Of a stretch of DNA of 64,000 nucleotides, positions 37,106 through 52,300 are shown in pieces. The position numbers and the translations under genes are program-made. The notes under the pieces were generated by a model. It saw only the letters and a list, made by a program, of their open reading frames with translations, ran no database searches and was not told the origin of the DNA. Each line of letters begins with the position of its first letter. Within the stretch, counting starts at the first letter, position 1. This stretch comes from Kudoa neothunni (Eukaryota; Animalia; Cnidaria): assembly GCA_964304625.1 (NCBI GenBank), contig OZ199839.1:5264898-5328897 (forward strand). The letters are read 5' to 3'.

Positions 37106-38446
37106 TCAGTCATCATCATCTATGCCCGCTAATAAATAATGATAAAGTAAACTTGACTGCTTTCGTTCTAGATATCTCAGTTGGGCGGCAGCAATAGATT
37201 CCTCAGTATTTCTTTTATCATAGATATGAATGCCAAGAGATTTTTTTGGTACAATAGGAATCTCCTCTATTACAGATTCGATTTTGGTATCAGTTGTCGA
37301 TTCATGTGTTAAGTTGTTCGATTCAGCCACACTTTTGAAGTCGGCCTCATTAATGTCCTCTGGCTGAGATAAAGGTAATGGAGATGATGGCAAAAAATCA
37401 ATTTTATTATCAGAGATTGGAATGTTGGACTCATTTTCTGAATCCTCTTCTGAATCCACTCGTTCGCGTATGTTAATATTTTTTTTGGTGCGTTGGGCAA
37501 AAGACAAACTTTCGCTTGTTTTCACCTTCAACTCCTCATCACATACCATCCTTTGGTTGAGCACCAGGTGACGATAAAACTGAGCCATATTATTTTGTTT
37601 CGCGGCAGCATGATCTTCTACATAAGTGTATAAGTTGGACTAGCTATACCAAACAAAACGGCTACCATCGAATTCTTCTCGCTGACGCAACAACTCATCC
37701 TCCTCTTGGCGTTCTTCTAGTTTTTTACGATACCTACACAACCGATTACAAACACTTAATACTTTTACTAATTACGTTTCAGTCACAAATACTTCTTTAT
37801 CAGCCAGTTCAGGATCTTCAGTTTCGCGCTCTTTTTGTATTTTTCGTTCCATTCTCCGATCGTTCTCCCGTTTTCGCATTGCCGCTGTTTTCAGTATTGC
37901 TTCCATGTATTTAGGCTGGTGTAAATTTTTAGATTAATTCATTAAAAACCAACTAATACCTGTTCTTTTTGGTCATTAGCCAGATTTGCATTAATATTTG
38001 ATGAATTGTTGTTAGCGGCAGATTTCTTTTCGGCTATTTTCTCGTACACAGCATCGTATTCAAAAACCGTTGAATCTTCTTCCAATGCTCTGTTCAACTC
38101 TTTAACGCTCTACCACACAAAAGCACACAATCAAATTGATCTTTCGTAATCGTTAATCTACTCTTTTTAGGGTTATACTTGACCCATAACTTTTTGTTAT
38201 ATCTTTTTCAGCATTCTTAGACTATCAAAATTTCAGTATTATGACTAAAAGATCTTTAATCACTGCAATTGGTTGAACTTGGTCGTCTTCATCATCAAAA
38301 AAATTCGATATCGTCGGTTGTGGCTTCACCACGTTCGTTACCTTGGTTCCTGGCTTTTTAATTACGCTCCTAAGCAAGATTGTAACTATAACTCTGCTTG
38401 TGACAAAATACTTTTGAAAAATTATTTTCCTGTTCTCACTATCCAT
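37106..38446 (-). CDS. NSRP1: Nuclear speckle splicing regulatory protein 1 (CCDC55, DUF2040), multi-exon
   Basis: ALEEDSTVFEYDAVYE, PKYMEAILKTAAMRKRE..RMERKIQKERETE..DKEVFVT, YRKKLEER, AQFYRHL and C-terminal KRNTEESIAAAQLRYLERK match the family motifs in order. Confidence 0.9.
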
Positions 38447-40344
38447 GTATCTGCGCACTCTGTTTGCGCATCTGTAAAAAGTTTTACTTTCAATTGTTAT
38501 TTTAAATAATTAAAATTGATCGATTCTTATTTCTAAAAAATAGAAATATAGTTATTGAAACAAATATCAAAAAAAATTATCCATGAAATATAAAATTATC
38601 ATTGCCAGTAGATCAGTAATTAATAATAAAAATGAATTATCATTAATAATTTATAGATCATTTTCATTATTTCAGTTTTTTTAGGGTAACGTATAGGAAA
38701 AATATTGTTTCAAATATTTATGTTTTTGATCAATTAATAAAAACTACTGATAAGACAACAAAGCAAATTATTCAAAAATGGGAGTAAATATGATTTTAGA
38801 GAAAATAGTTAATGAAGTATTACTTGAGTTTATTTGGAATTTTATTTATCATTTCAAATGAATTATTGTATATGCCTGATGAATAGTTAAGTTAAAATAA
38901 AGGAGACTTTTGGAATTTAAAAAATATTCTTGATTTGCATATTTTAGAGATTCACGTGTTAAAATCTTTTTTAGTGTGATTTTTGGAGAAACCCTTAAAA
39001 AATTCCATCAAATAATGATATAATATAATGCAAGGGACGTCAGAATTTTACGATTCATTAAAAAACTCGGCCGAGCATTTTTATGTGATTTTGCTTTTAT
39101 AACATATTCGAATGTCTTTATGGGTACTTTATTTTAATGTATTTGAAATTTATTTCATTCTTAAATTATTTTTTATGCTATTTATTTGTATTCTAATATA
39201 CGTGTTTCCATTAATTTGGAAACAATTTAATATTCCTAAATTAAAATATTTGTTTGTGAATGTGTTTTTTCCCTATATTGATCATTCTTGCAATAAGTTA
39301 ATTAGAGAATTTTCAAACTAAATTTGGGGGATCACGTGAGTATTTTGATGGAATTATATTTTACTTAATTTCGACATCTAATAAATTTTAATGATGTATT
39401 TGCCTAAGTCAACATATATAAATTTATCTTAAAAAAGTAAATAAAATTTAAGAATTCAAATATACGGACGAATATAAAATGAATAAATTTAATATTTTGT
39501 TAATTAACAACTGAAGATTGGCTTAATATTAATTAACTTGATATATTTATGTGCGATTTTTTATCGAAAATTAAGCTGACAAAAATAAAATATAATAATA
39601 AAAATTGTAAATTTAAATGAAAATGAAAATGAAAATAATTTTTCGCTATACAAAAAAATTTTATTCCATCAAAAATTAGTCAAAAATCTTTTTGCGACAA
39701 AATATTTATATAAAATTGAGACCAATTTTTAAAATAATAAGAAATTTAATTAATAATCTTTTATAAATAGGTAAATTTTAATTATTTTGGTTAGGATTAA
39801 TTTAACTAGACTCAGATAAATAGTTACTTTAGAAAAGAAATTGTAGATTTTTATTCAATTCATATCTATTATAACTATAACTATAAATTCTTATAAAAAT
39901 GTTATGTCATATTATTTAAGAAACAAATATTATATTGGTTAAAATAATATATTTAAATTGGTTACTGCGTAAAAAAAATGTAAATGTATTTAAAGGATAA
40001 GCCAGCGTGAATGAACTTTATAAAAATATCAACATGTCTTGGAAAATGCTAAAGAGTAACTCTGCATAAGACGAACAATATTTGGGTAAACTAGGTTGAA
40101 TTTATTAGAATGAATGTCTTGTGAATTAGTATTTTTATAACGCTAATATTTTAAAATATCTTATCCAAATTTAACTAAGATCTCATCTAATTTCGTGCAT
40201 ATTTCGGCAACGCCGATATAGAGAACACAATTTCAAATACGATATAATTATAATAGTATTGATAATAATGTTACAGAGAAAATAATTCGGTGTGTTTGAA
40301 TTCGTTAATCCGAAATTTCAGTAGTAATAATGGTTGGCTTATGT

Positions 40345-43300
40345 TCAACTAAATAACTTTCCCAAATTACTCACGGCTGTATCCTGACCGATCAACGGCT
40401 GGTTATTTTCCCTTTCTGCAATCGGAATTGAATCTAAATGTTTCTTTTGGTTTTCAGCATTTTCCAATCCGTAAGTTGTAATATTGATAGTGCTTTTATT
40501 CATTGTTTCATTTTTGGTGCTGGGGTTCGAGTAAGTGACTGTTCCTAAATTAGGATTAGTAAATTGGGTCGTAATTGATTGATCACCCTTAGAAATTGTA
40601 TGACTTCTTGAAACAGTAATTGTTTTATAGATTGGGAATGAAACACTGACACTAACATTAATTTGATTATCCAAGTAGAGTCGGTTTTGATTGACGTCTT
40701 CAGCAATGAACGTAATCACCGCCGAAAGTGGGATATAGAGATCTATTGTGCCAATACTTTGTGAAGGAAACATAGTTGTAATGTTAAGGATTCCGTCCAA
40801 ACTTTTAATGATTATATCCCCGTCAATACTGTTATAGAATTTGACAGTTAGATGGTAAAGTTGGGGATAATTCCAGAGCAAAATATCGGGGACAATTTGA
40901 CTTTTTGAAGATGAAATATTGGAATTTATATTTCCCATAAGAGAATTAAAGTGATTGATCCAATCTTGACCTTTAAAAATTATTAAAACGGTTGATATCA
41001 ACAAATAAATACCTAATTCATGGATCACAACCGGGAGAGTAGATCCAGTTAGGTTGTTGATCTCTCCGAGTTTCCATTCGGCGAGGCCGTTAATTAGAAT
41101 TGTTTTTTCCATTTCACCATCTCGCGCCGATGCTGTAAACATCAATCGATGATCCGAAGTGACGTTAACTCCAAGTTGTAAATCGGTGGCTACGTTATGT
41201 TTTTCTACCTCGGATTTCATACCCACTTTAAAATTTGTTCCTGTGATCTCACGTAATACCACATCAAGTGGTGTCATCAATTTGATTCTCAACGTCAAAT
41301 CGTAAAATGATTTGGTTTTATTATCGATAGGTAAGGCGATAGATGCATTATATGATTTTACTTGATTTTGAATTTCAACCAAATTGTTGTATACTTCTTC
41401 CCAGCTGGGGTCATCTAGAGAAATAAATATTATCAGTAATTAGGATCAACTTCCGCACCTTTTCTGTGAATAACTGCTACTCTAGCCACTTTGGGGATAT
41501 TAGTATCGGTCAAATTTTGAATATTACCAGTAATGTCAAACGTCGTGCGATTATTAATTAAGTAGGTTTGATTGGTGGGGCTGGATGGCGAGAAAATTAT
41601 AGATTTTGGGGGCTGTGTATTTTCTATCTTTATTTTGACTATTTCGTTCGAATTGATAATAAAATCAATCATAACATCGTTTTTGTCGAGTATTTTAACA
41701 TTTTCATCTACCAAATTAGCCATAATCACTTCTATTTTTTTCTTCGAATTGACTTCATAATCGGGTTGTACACCGTACAATTTATGTAACAATACATTTT
41801 TTGGTCTTTTCCAATCAGTTTCTATTAAAAGTCACAAGAATAAAATACAAATGTTTATTACCTTTGTTATGAAGTATTAGTATAGTTTCATTTGCTCTAG
41901 GTATCGAGTTAATTATCAAAAGAGTGTGACCATTGATGAGCACCCTTTCACCAAGGGTTTTATCCGCGTAATCGCCCTCCAGAGCAACAAGAGCAGTTGG
42001 ATACTGTAAGGCGTGTTTGGGTTTCCATATGACTGTAGCATAAGGTCCAACCTTGAATGAATTGGCTACGTCATACACTTTGATTATGGTAACATTTTTA
42101 GGAGATGAATTTTTCAGAATAAAATAGACAGGATGTGGCTGTTGAGTTGTGTTATTTTTATTAGTTAAATCTGTTGGCGTTTTCACAATTTTAGTTTCTG
42201 ACACCAAGCACGATTTCAAATCGTCATTCCAAGCTGAGTTTGTAGGGCATCTTTCTCGCCTAGCAATACCCTCTTGACAACTGATAAATTTAGTCTTATC
42301 ATTTGGATCAGGGAATAACCCTTCTTTCTTTGGACAGAACACTAATAGCTTAATCAGAAATTTACAAATGATATTTAAAGTTACATGGTGTTGTTATAAT
42401 CACGTTAGTGACTATTGATTGATCTTCTTCAGCATTTACCACAATCGACCAATCATTGTTCAGCAGGTATTCTTTGTCTGAAGTGAGACCAAAAGCTTTA
42501 AAGACAATCGGATAAGTTGTGACAACTCCTTTCTCTTCTAATCTCAACTCAAGAATCAATCCTGCATTTATGAGATATCCTTCCGAATGATGTTCTCCTC
42601 GATCAGGTTTGATAAGAATATCTTGTCCAGCTCTATTTTGGAAATTGACACTGATAAACCGAGTGCTTGATGGACTCTTATCTATAAAATGACTCAAACA
42701 ACATTTTCCAATCACAATGTCTTACTGTGGTTGTTATAAAACAAAAAGTAGTCCATCAGCTCATTTTCATTATAAGCGAGCTCGCTCAACGCAAGTTGTT
42801 TGATGAAAAATTTACCATAGGTACCTGAACTCTCAACGACGGGTCTTCCAATGATGAATGTAGTATTGCTGTATGATGCGCTACCTTGAAGATCGGATGA
42901 CTTGTCAACCTGTTTGAAATCGTTGCCATTTATCATCATGCTTAGTTTTCCACCATTATGTGGATCCCAAGTCACAGCAACCATAATCCATTCTCCAATG
43001 ATTAAACGAGTTTCAATTTTCCAGACCTTTCTATTCTGCGACACTTCTGCCAACAGTCTTCCTCCCAAGTAGAATAACGAAAAACCTTTACCATTATGTC
43101 CACCAGTGTCGAGAATAAAGTGAGGATTGTTGTCGTCATTCACAACCTCATTCAAACGTATGGTTATGACCAAAGTGAATCCTTTTTCGCAAAACAAAGG
43201 CTGAGTTAAACACTCCAATTCTAGAATCACAATAACTCATCACATTTAATCTATAAAATCTCACCTTTGAATTTATCAATATTAAGGTACGCTGATGCAC

Positions 43301-46300
43301 CGTCAAGGGACAAAGATTGATTGACAGTTGCTGCAGCTTGACTTTCAATCACATTACCAAATACTGTGATTTCAGGTAAAGAATTTTCAACTTTTCTTCC
43401 ATCGGCACTTAGCGACAAAAATCTCCAGAACTGTTGCATTTCCATTATTTTTGCTATATTATGTTATTTTGGTAATCTGTCACAAAAATGCAATTACATG
43501 GAGCTGACAATATAACGTTAAAATATTCGTTGTATTCGTTGTTGTCTAACGAGATCTTGATTGGTGACGGTTGGTTGTTGATATAGAGGGGAGTGTTCAG
43601 TTCTGAATCGGTTGCCGAAATAACCACATATATGCTTTGAGGAATTTGGACATGTTTCTCCTTGAATATTTCGTCGTTTGTCCTATTCATATCAACCAAT
43701 GTGAGTATATCTCCTCGAGTGTTGGCGGGGATTAGAACTTTATTTGGATAGTTTCCATTTGTGCTGACTTCTAATTTGATGGCACGCTCGAGTTGATTGA
43801 ATAATCGTAGCAAATTAAACTGGGCTTTAGCTCGCTCTAAATTAAATTGATATGAAGAAAATGATTATATTTATGAGTAAAATAAATTTTTATTTATATT
43901 AACATTTTATTTTATAACTTCTTCATATATATATATATATATATATATAAATTATAAATAAATCAACAATTTGATACAACAAGATACATGTAAGTTTTAA
44001 AATATACTTGGATCTGACAGTTGTAGGTAGGTCATTGTGGCTTCTTGTTGATTAAAGTATTTGTCGAAAATTGTCAAATAAACCATGATAAATTTGCTGT
44101 AGGTTACACTGTTACCATTGACATTTCTTCCAATCAACAGGTTTGGATTGATATCAAGATCTTGAGTTGAGAAAAGCATTTCTCCATTGTGTTCGGACGA
44201 GACCAATACCCCATCCATATGTAAATAGAGGCCACTTTCTGGTTGCCAAGATGCAATCACGGTAAAAAATTTATCCAGTGGATGTCGTGCGGTGATGAGC
44301 CAAGTTTTGGAGCTGGTAGTTACTTGGAAATGAATTTTGCCACCCTCTGCAGTTAAAGTGACACCCGTTGAGCTACCTCCATGTCCACCGGAGTCAATGA
44401 TGTATTTTCGATTGGCTTGAGTATATTCTGAAGTGGGGATTGCTAACCTCAAGGCTATAGTGAATCCTTTCGAACAGACAGTTGGTTCAATAACACAGTT
44501 GGAGCCGGTCAAATGGATCCCGGCCCAGGACTCGTTCCCACTAAACATCACTCCAATACTTTTATTGTTATTGTCTTTGTAGTCGGATAGAGAACCATGG
44601 ACAACAATCGAGGGTTCATCTTTTATTGTCCCTTCATTATTAAGCCCAAGAAAGACGTATGAAGATTTAGGCAGAGATGGCAAATCTAATGATGAATTAG
44701 AAACTAAAAATAAACCGTGAATATGATACGAGGAGGGGTGATTTTGATATGTGTGGCGGGCCTGTCTTGACTTAGAGTGAATTCGACTTGGCCTAGAGTT
44801 CCATTTAACAAAAGTGGATACTGCGTTAGATTCTCTTGAGCAATCAATATAATGGGTAGCATTGTTTGTTTGTTGACTGAACTTTCCTGATTTATTTCAA
44901 GTATGCCTTTGGGTTCAATGAGGTAGGTTTTATCGTTGACAACAGTTTTAACTGAAAGATCTAATGTGTTATCCAAAAGCAAACTGTAAAGTCTATGTGA
45001 AGTTGTTTCATTGGTGGTTTGGTTGTTCAAATAGTTGGGAATATTTAAATCAATGCTGTCCACTGAGAAGTATATATTCTTCGAATAGGTTGTGTTCAGA
45101 TTTATAGAGTAAATCGCAGTTCCATTTAAAAAGACATTGCGTTGTTGAGTATCATATGTGGTAGCTTTAAAAGATATAGAATCACTTTCGAATGGTTGAT
45201 TCACCACATAGTTAACATCCTCCTTGATATTGAGGCTGGAATTTGGTTCAATGTAAGCCTGACCCCTTGTAGTATTTTCACCCATCCCAGCAAACCATTC
45301 AATTATTACAGCTTGTTGCAACTTGTTTTTCACTATCACTTGATCAAAGTTGTGTTTTGGGTTGGACACTAAAAACAAATCAATATAAATTAAAAATATC
45401 TCAAATTGAATACTTTTTCCAACATTGGCGATGACATTCGTTGTGAAATTGAATTTTAAATATGTTTGATTATTTATCAAATAAAGGTTGCCAAAGTTGT
45501 CAAAAATAGTAAGAGTTTTTTGGCCGAAACAATTGGCGCCACAACCAATAAGAATTGGTTGATTGCTCTGGGGTTTGATAACAGAAAAATGTTCGTAGAA
45601 TTGGTCGTATTGGTGATTTACAAACAAAAACAAGGTGGAGTTATTTGTTGTGGGGCTAAATCGAACCGTTGCAGTGTAGTTGATGTATGAAGTAGGGAGA
45701 TTGGTAAAATTTTCGTCTTGGACTGTTCCAATGACACCACCCACCGACATAACTATCCATTTTATATCATTCAACGATTCGGTCATGGATTTTTGGATAG
45801 TCTTGGAGGATATTACAACTTTTTTCAGTTTGTTATTGATAGACCACAATTCTTTGTTGCTGTTGGTGTTGGTTGCCCAAATAGTGATGGGTTTGGTATC
45901 CATTCTAGACAATCTCATCACCAAGTCGATTTGATTTTCATTGAAGAAAGAAGCATTTTTCTTTTCATTTTTGTACTCCCAATAGAAGTTGATGTTTGGT
46001 CTTTGATATATGTTGGCTAATCTTATTCCAAAGTAATGAGTTGTGGCTAAGATCAACATAAAGGGATAAAAGTTATTGAATATAAATTACGCTTATTTCC
46101 AAGGTGAAGTAGAATTTTGGTATTATTTTCTAATGGTTTAATCCCAAATCTATAGGTACCATTGACGGTAACAGGAACCCCGCCTACAGTGGTTGTAGCT
46201 TTTGCTACAATGATTTCACTGGAGTAGGACTTGGTGTAGTTGTATGTGAGAGAGGAGTATGGTTCAATATTGACACTTTCGTAGTAGGAATTGTTCCAAT

Positions 46301-49300
46301 TTAGGTATAGCGTAACTTTTTCAGTCGGAAGGAAGTTGTATACTTTGATTTCGGTGTTTATCGACTCCACATATTCTTCGTAGTTTTGGGGTTGGGATTC
46401 GGTTGAGGAAATCAAAAGCGTATTGGTATAATTGGATGTTTTCTCTAACGAAGCGATAATATGTGAGCTGTTTCGACCATTAATAAATAGATCGTTTTCG
46501 TAGTAGGCATCGTAAGCTTTTACAGCAAACACTGGCAAAGTTATTGGCGATTTTATGCGGTAATGAATTCGAACTTCATTGCCAGGAGTTACCAATGGCT
46601 CTGGTAAACCCACTCTCCACTCTACCGTAGCTGGACTTTCACCAACATTTGTTATTTTGAGGTTGAGATTGTAAATTGGATAGTCACTTTTGTAATTGTA
46701 ACTCAGAATACGCGACACAGGCACATATTCAATGAAAGTGTTATTGTTTAGGAATGGCAACGTTGTATATTGCTTCCAGATGCCATCTGGAACTTTCTTT
46801 AGCATCAATTTAATGGGATCACTTATGTAGTCATTAGGCAATATAATTTTTCGATAGAACGATATAAGATTCGTAGGGTCAAGAATCAGAGTTTTTTGAG
46901 GCAACAATTGGTGGTCAATTTTAAGCTGAATACTTTCAGTAGGATTCATATTGGCCACAATAAAATTGAGGTATTGTTTGTGTTCGATCTGGTAATCTAA
47001 ATGTGTGTCAATAACATTTAATATGATACGGTCGCAGAAGTAAAAATACTTGACATATTTCTTGAAATAAAAAGAATAACATATTCGAATTGTGAGGTAC
47101 TGAGCTTGACAATGTGTTCTTTCAGGCCATTCATGTAGAGAGGAGATTGTTTGGAGCGAGCTTTGACAATTATCGGAGACGGTCTATTATTTAGAGAGAC
47201 GAACGAATATTTTAAGGTTTTTTTGGTGAGATTTCCTGGAATTTCTTCCAACGAACTGAGAAGTGTGCCGTCTTTGGTAAACGAAACAAATGCTGTCACA
47301 TTTTCCTGATTGATCACTGTGATTTGGGCGTAGAATCTTTTCATGGCATTAGTTTTTGCTAAATAATCCATCTATTAAGCAAGAACTATTCCAATTAACA
47401 ATTACCATGTCCAATGTGTATCTTAAGAGTTTTCTTAATAAGATCCAACTGAAGAGTCAAATGTTTTGAATCACGCAATATCATTGGTTTTCCAGTGTGT
47501 AAGTTTTTTGCGCTCAATGAAATAACTCCAGAGTTCACAATATCGGCATTATTGATTGAGATAACTCTACTTGAGTTTTGATTGACAACAATGTTGCCAC
47601 GTTGCCATGTTTGGTTGGATTCTAGAAGTATTTCCCAATTGACCAATACCACACTATCAACATCGTTCACAAGAGTGATGTTGATTGGGTTGAATTCCAG
47701 GTTGGAGTAATTTAAAAATCTGGATTGGTTAGTCTCATGAAATACTTCATCCGCACAAACTTTGGTTTCAAAATTGGATGCTATCAAAATTTCTCCACAT
47801 TCCATTCCTCCATTTTTAGGGGGTGGATTATTACAGAAACGACTCCTCGATTTAATTGTTTGAGGTTTTGTTTGATTAGCACTTTCTGTAGCCGTTCTAT
47901 CTATGTAGCATTCACTCCATTCGCTCCATTCCGAATATCCACCGTGAACTATTTCCAATGCAACTCAATTAAAAATGTTACCATTAACTAACTGTTTACT
48001 TTCAGGTGGGCAAACACTTTCGCCTCCAATCGAGTATATTATATTTGATATCTTTCAAATCATTCTCGAAGTCGTCGTAACTTTTTTTGGAAGTAAGTAC
48101 GAGATCAATAACTGGTGAATTTTCAGATTCGTAACAGACAAATGGTGCTTGTTTTTCTCCGTTGATATCAATATCACACATGGAATCGTAAAACCTTCCA
48201 TGCACACAAGAATAGATAGATATGTTACGAATTATCGAAGAGATATTTGAGACGTAGTTAAAGGTTAGTTGAATTAATCGACTTTGGTTATTTTTGAGTG
48301 TTGCCATCAACGAATCATCCCTCCAAAATACATCCACGGTATATGGAAGTGTGTTGTATACGTTAAGGATTGAATGGCATGTGTGATATGAATTGTCGCC
48401 ATAGTTAGAGTTAGAGCTAGAAACATAACTGAAATTTGTTTTTTCAGTAATAGAAAGTATATTGGTGGCATTTAAACTTGAAATCATCGGCTCTATATAG
48501 TAGGCAGGAGAGTTTTCAATATATAATGGAGTTCCATGGTTGTTAGAGTTGGAAGCAACGGCGACAAAGTCTATTTTTCGAGTAGCATAGAATCTTGTTT
48601 TCCAATTCTCATAACCGTGAGCTATCAAATATTGGACAGGGGTGGTTTCAAGAAAATTCACCGTAACATTTACAGCATAATCCAATGTATTGAATAAAAT
48701 GTAGTCGTAATCAAAATCTCTTATTGGTGGTTTCTCTTTATTGTGATCTATGCTCTCATTATAAACAATTTTTTAACAATAAACCATCTCACCTGGTTGA
48801 GAAATAATCATAATGACAAAATCATTAGGAACGTATGAGATTGGAGACTCAAACGACAAACGACCATTCACAAAAAGTTGTTTTAGAGAGTTTTTCTCAA
48901 ATGCTTTGAATCCAATCGATAGTGGCATCGATATAGAATGAATCACATTGAATAATGTTGAACGATTGTGTGCCCTCACTTCAAACGCTTTCTTTTCCTC
49001 CCCCATATCATAATACACTATGATATCATCGTTTAGGGGGTTAATAATTTCAGCGTTCAAATAATATTGTTCTATTTCGGTTTGGTTCATCTCATCAAAC
49101 ACATCAACGTTTCTGGTGTAGTTTTTGAACTTGTAACGTATCCATAACGAGACACCGAAAATTAAATCAAAATTGGTTGCTTTGTACGGTTCTAGAAGAC
49201 CGCTGGTGCTAGCCAGTGTGCCGTAGGGGTCACTTTTGGGGTCTAGCGAGGTAGTCACGAATAAATCACTTCCATCATTGAGAACATAAGGAATTCTTTG

Positions 49301-52300
49301 GTTAATGTTGCTTTCGTTATTCCAATCACCAAATTTCTCGTGTAAAACAATTTTGGAGGAGTTGTTTTCGTTGTTGTCGGTAAAATTCCAAATTCCTCCC
49401 TCCATATAGTCACCCTTGTTTACAACAATCATGTATTGTTTTTCAATGAGAGAGACATCAGATGTAAACTCGATAAATCTGCCGATAACAGAAAAGGAGG
49501 AATTCAGACCAGGAATGTTGGCGTTTCTGTAATTTATTAATATTACAAACTATTGATATAATCGTCAAAATATTAAATATAATTATTATTTTATTCTGTA
49601 CTATTTAATTTTAATTAAGAATAAAAGTTTGAAGGCGTTGAAAATATTATGTTTATAGTTTATCAATTTTGTTATTTTTTACGACCTACTTCTAAATGAT
49701 TGCCCCTTGGTTAATAGTTTGAAAAATTAATGCAAATACTTTTATGGTTATTTTTGCTAATTATTAAAAGTCTAACTAATCCGAAAAGTATATTCAAACT
49801 ATTTTTAAAGATTATATAGAAACTTCATTAAAAATATAAGAAAAATATATCTAAAAATAATTTGTGTCTTTATATCTGATATGATAAAATTCGTAATTTT
49901 AATATTAGAATATAAATAATACTTTGCGGGAAAACAAATAGATTTGAGTATCATTTGGTTGGAACATTTATTGATGTGATATTTAAGTTCAGTATTTATT
50001 ATTATAATTTGAGATATTACAGTTATATTAATTATTTAAAAAAAAATACATATTCTTATATAGATATATTCACAAATTATCCACAAAATTTAATCGTTTT
50101 ATACTGGTAATAAAATTGTCTCATTTTTGCATATTTTCGAGCATAGAAACCAGATAAAGAGTGTAACAGTCATATAATCAACATTTTTATTTTCTTTATC
50201 ATTTTAGGTCTCGGATATTTAATTAATTAAATAATGATAAATTATTTTATATTAAGTTAATCCTTTGAATACTGACTTTTTTCAACTACTTATAAGTATC
50301 TCCTTAAAAACTTTGTCCGCATCTATATACTCACTCTTCATAAATAATTTAATATTTAAGCTTTATATTTTCAAGCGCAAAGTTTAATTTATTAACCAAA
50401 TAATCTCAATATTCTAATTCGATTGATTTTGATAAAGTCGGGCATGGGTGAGCAAATAACCACAAATTTAAATGAGCTCTAATTTTTAACACTTAGGAAA
50501 TTAATTAAATCTAATAAAAATTGTTTAGATTTAAAAAAAACTGTAAGTATTCAAAATATCAGCGCATGTCCTAGATGCGCGTGCGTAGTTTAAAAATATT
50601 CGATAAAAATCCCCATGTTACAATCTTCGTCAAAATTACTTCTACTTGAATTTTATCAAAAATTCGAAAAAAATATTTGATAATTTTAAAATCAACGTTT
50701 TTTGAAATATGTCTATTTTATTAAGTCAAATAAAAGTCTTCTTCCAGCAGGAAAATAAAATTCAATCAGTTTTTAAATATTACACTTTACTACGTCTCAA
50801 CTGAATGCGCTAAATTATATTTTTTGAAGCTAGCATACAAATAAAACATTACTTTTTAGATATTAAATTTTTTGAATCAATTAAAAAGTTTGTTATTAAC
50901 AATGTGATAATTAAAATTTTATTTTAATTTTACAATTATTTTGTGAGAATGCGCTTGTATATAATAGATATTCCAGCTCATGTCGTCATACTGAGTTTAA
51001 CTGAATAAATATTGCATTATATTTTGATTGACAAAATAAACCATTAAAAATGTGAAGAATATTTAAAAACACTTTTTTATTCGAATAATCTTAATTTTAA
51101 GAGTTGGAAGATGATATAAATTAATAATACTATTTTTAAATAAACTAAGATAAAATAACTTTAATGTTAGCAGTTTATACGAAATATTACCCAAAATTAA
51201 TATATTTATTATTAAATATTAATACAATTATCTCAAAAAAAACAGTGTTAGTTTTATATTTTCAAATAAATTAATATAGAAAGTTTATTGTGATTCGCAT
51301 ATCAATATCCGTGGAGGATATACTATGCATCACTTAATATAAGTTGGATTAATATTTTTTACGTAAGCAACGTAAATATATTTCTTCTTTAAATGTTAAG
51401 TGGTATTATGATCAAATAAAAACTGGTTGAGATGTTTAATTTAAATAATTTAAGTGAGTAAAATACCTTTCTAAAACCTGAGCACTGGACCAACCGTCAC
51501 CATTGATACTGTTGAACACAAGTTCCCATCCGCCTCCACCAGTGTTCATATCACAATAAACATTCGACTTGGATATTGTTGAATTGTCCGTGATAAAGTC
51601 GGTACCATCCGAATTTAATGCGGTAATTGCTTCATAAATTCCGGTTCTATGTCGAGAACAGCGACTTTTATATTCAAAACAGGACCTTATGGGATAAAGG
51701 GGAACTTTGGTGATATCTTATTAAATAAATTCGAATTATAATCAAATAAATTAATAGCCTAATACTTTTGGAGGATGTTTGATTGGCAGAGGGTTCGGTG
51801 TTGTTAGCATTTATAGGTGGTGGACAGTTATCGTTACATTTAGTATTCGAAACGTTTGCGAATGTATTAATTGTATCAGAACATTTTTGGAAAAGTTCGT
51901 TTATCGAAGTATGTGTGAGTATCTCGCTGTAGACGAACAATTCATCGAGATAAGTGCGATCATTTTGCTGATTCTTGTTCTTGTTGATCAAGTTTCCAAC
52001 TGTTATTTCTTTGATAGGAATAAGTTGTTGATTAGGAGTTTGATGCATTGAGCACGATTTTTTTATATCGCCGTCTTGGTAGAGTTTTATTTTACCCGCA
52101 ATCGAATCAAAAGTGATGACTATATGAGTCCAGTAGTTGTGAGTAGATTGATTATTTAATTCATCGGAACAGGTTATGGTTTGATTAACTGAAAAAATGT
52201 TTGCGTACATCTGATTGTTTTTCAGGTAGAATAGGGGACTGGGTTCGTTGTGTTGGTTCCTAGCCCATAACACGTTAACGGGCTGATTCGGTGTTAGTGA

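Noticed and set aside
47949-48100. Apparent stop (CLPT*) before the TSP1 domain, suggesting readthrough or a gene end
   Set aside because: Resolved by two canonical ~50-nt introns flanking a short exon ISNIIYSIGGESVCPPE.
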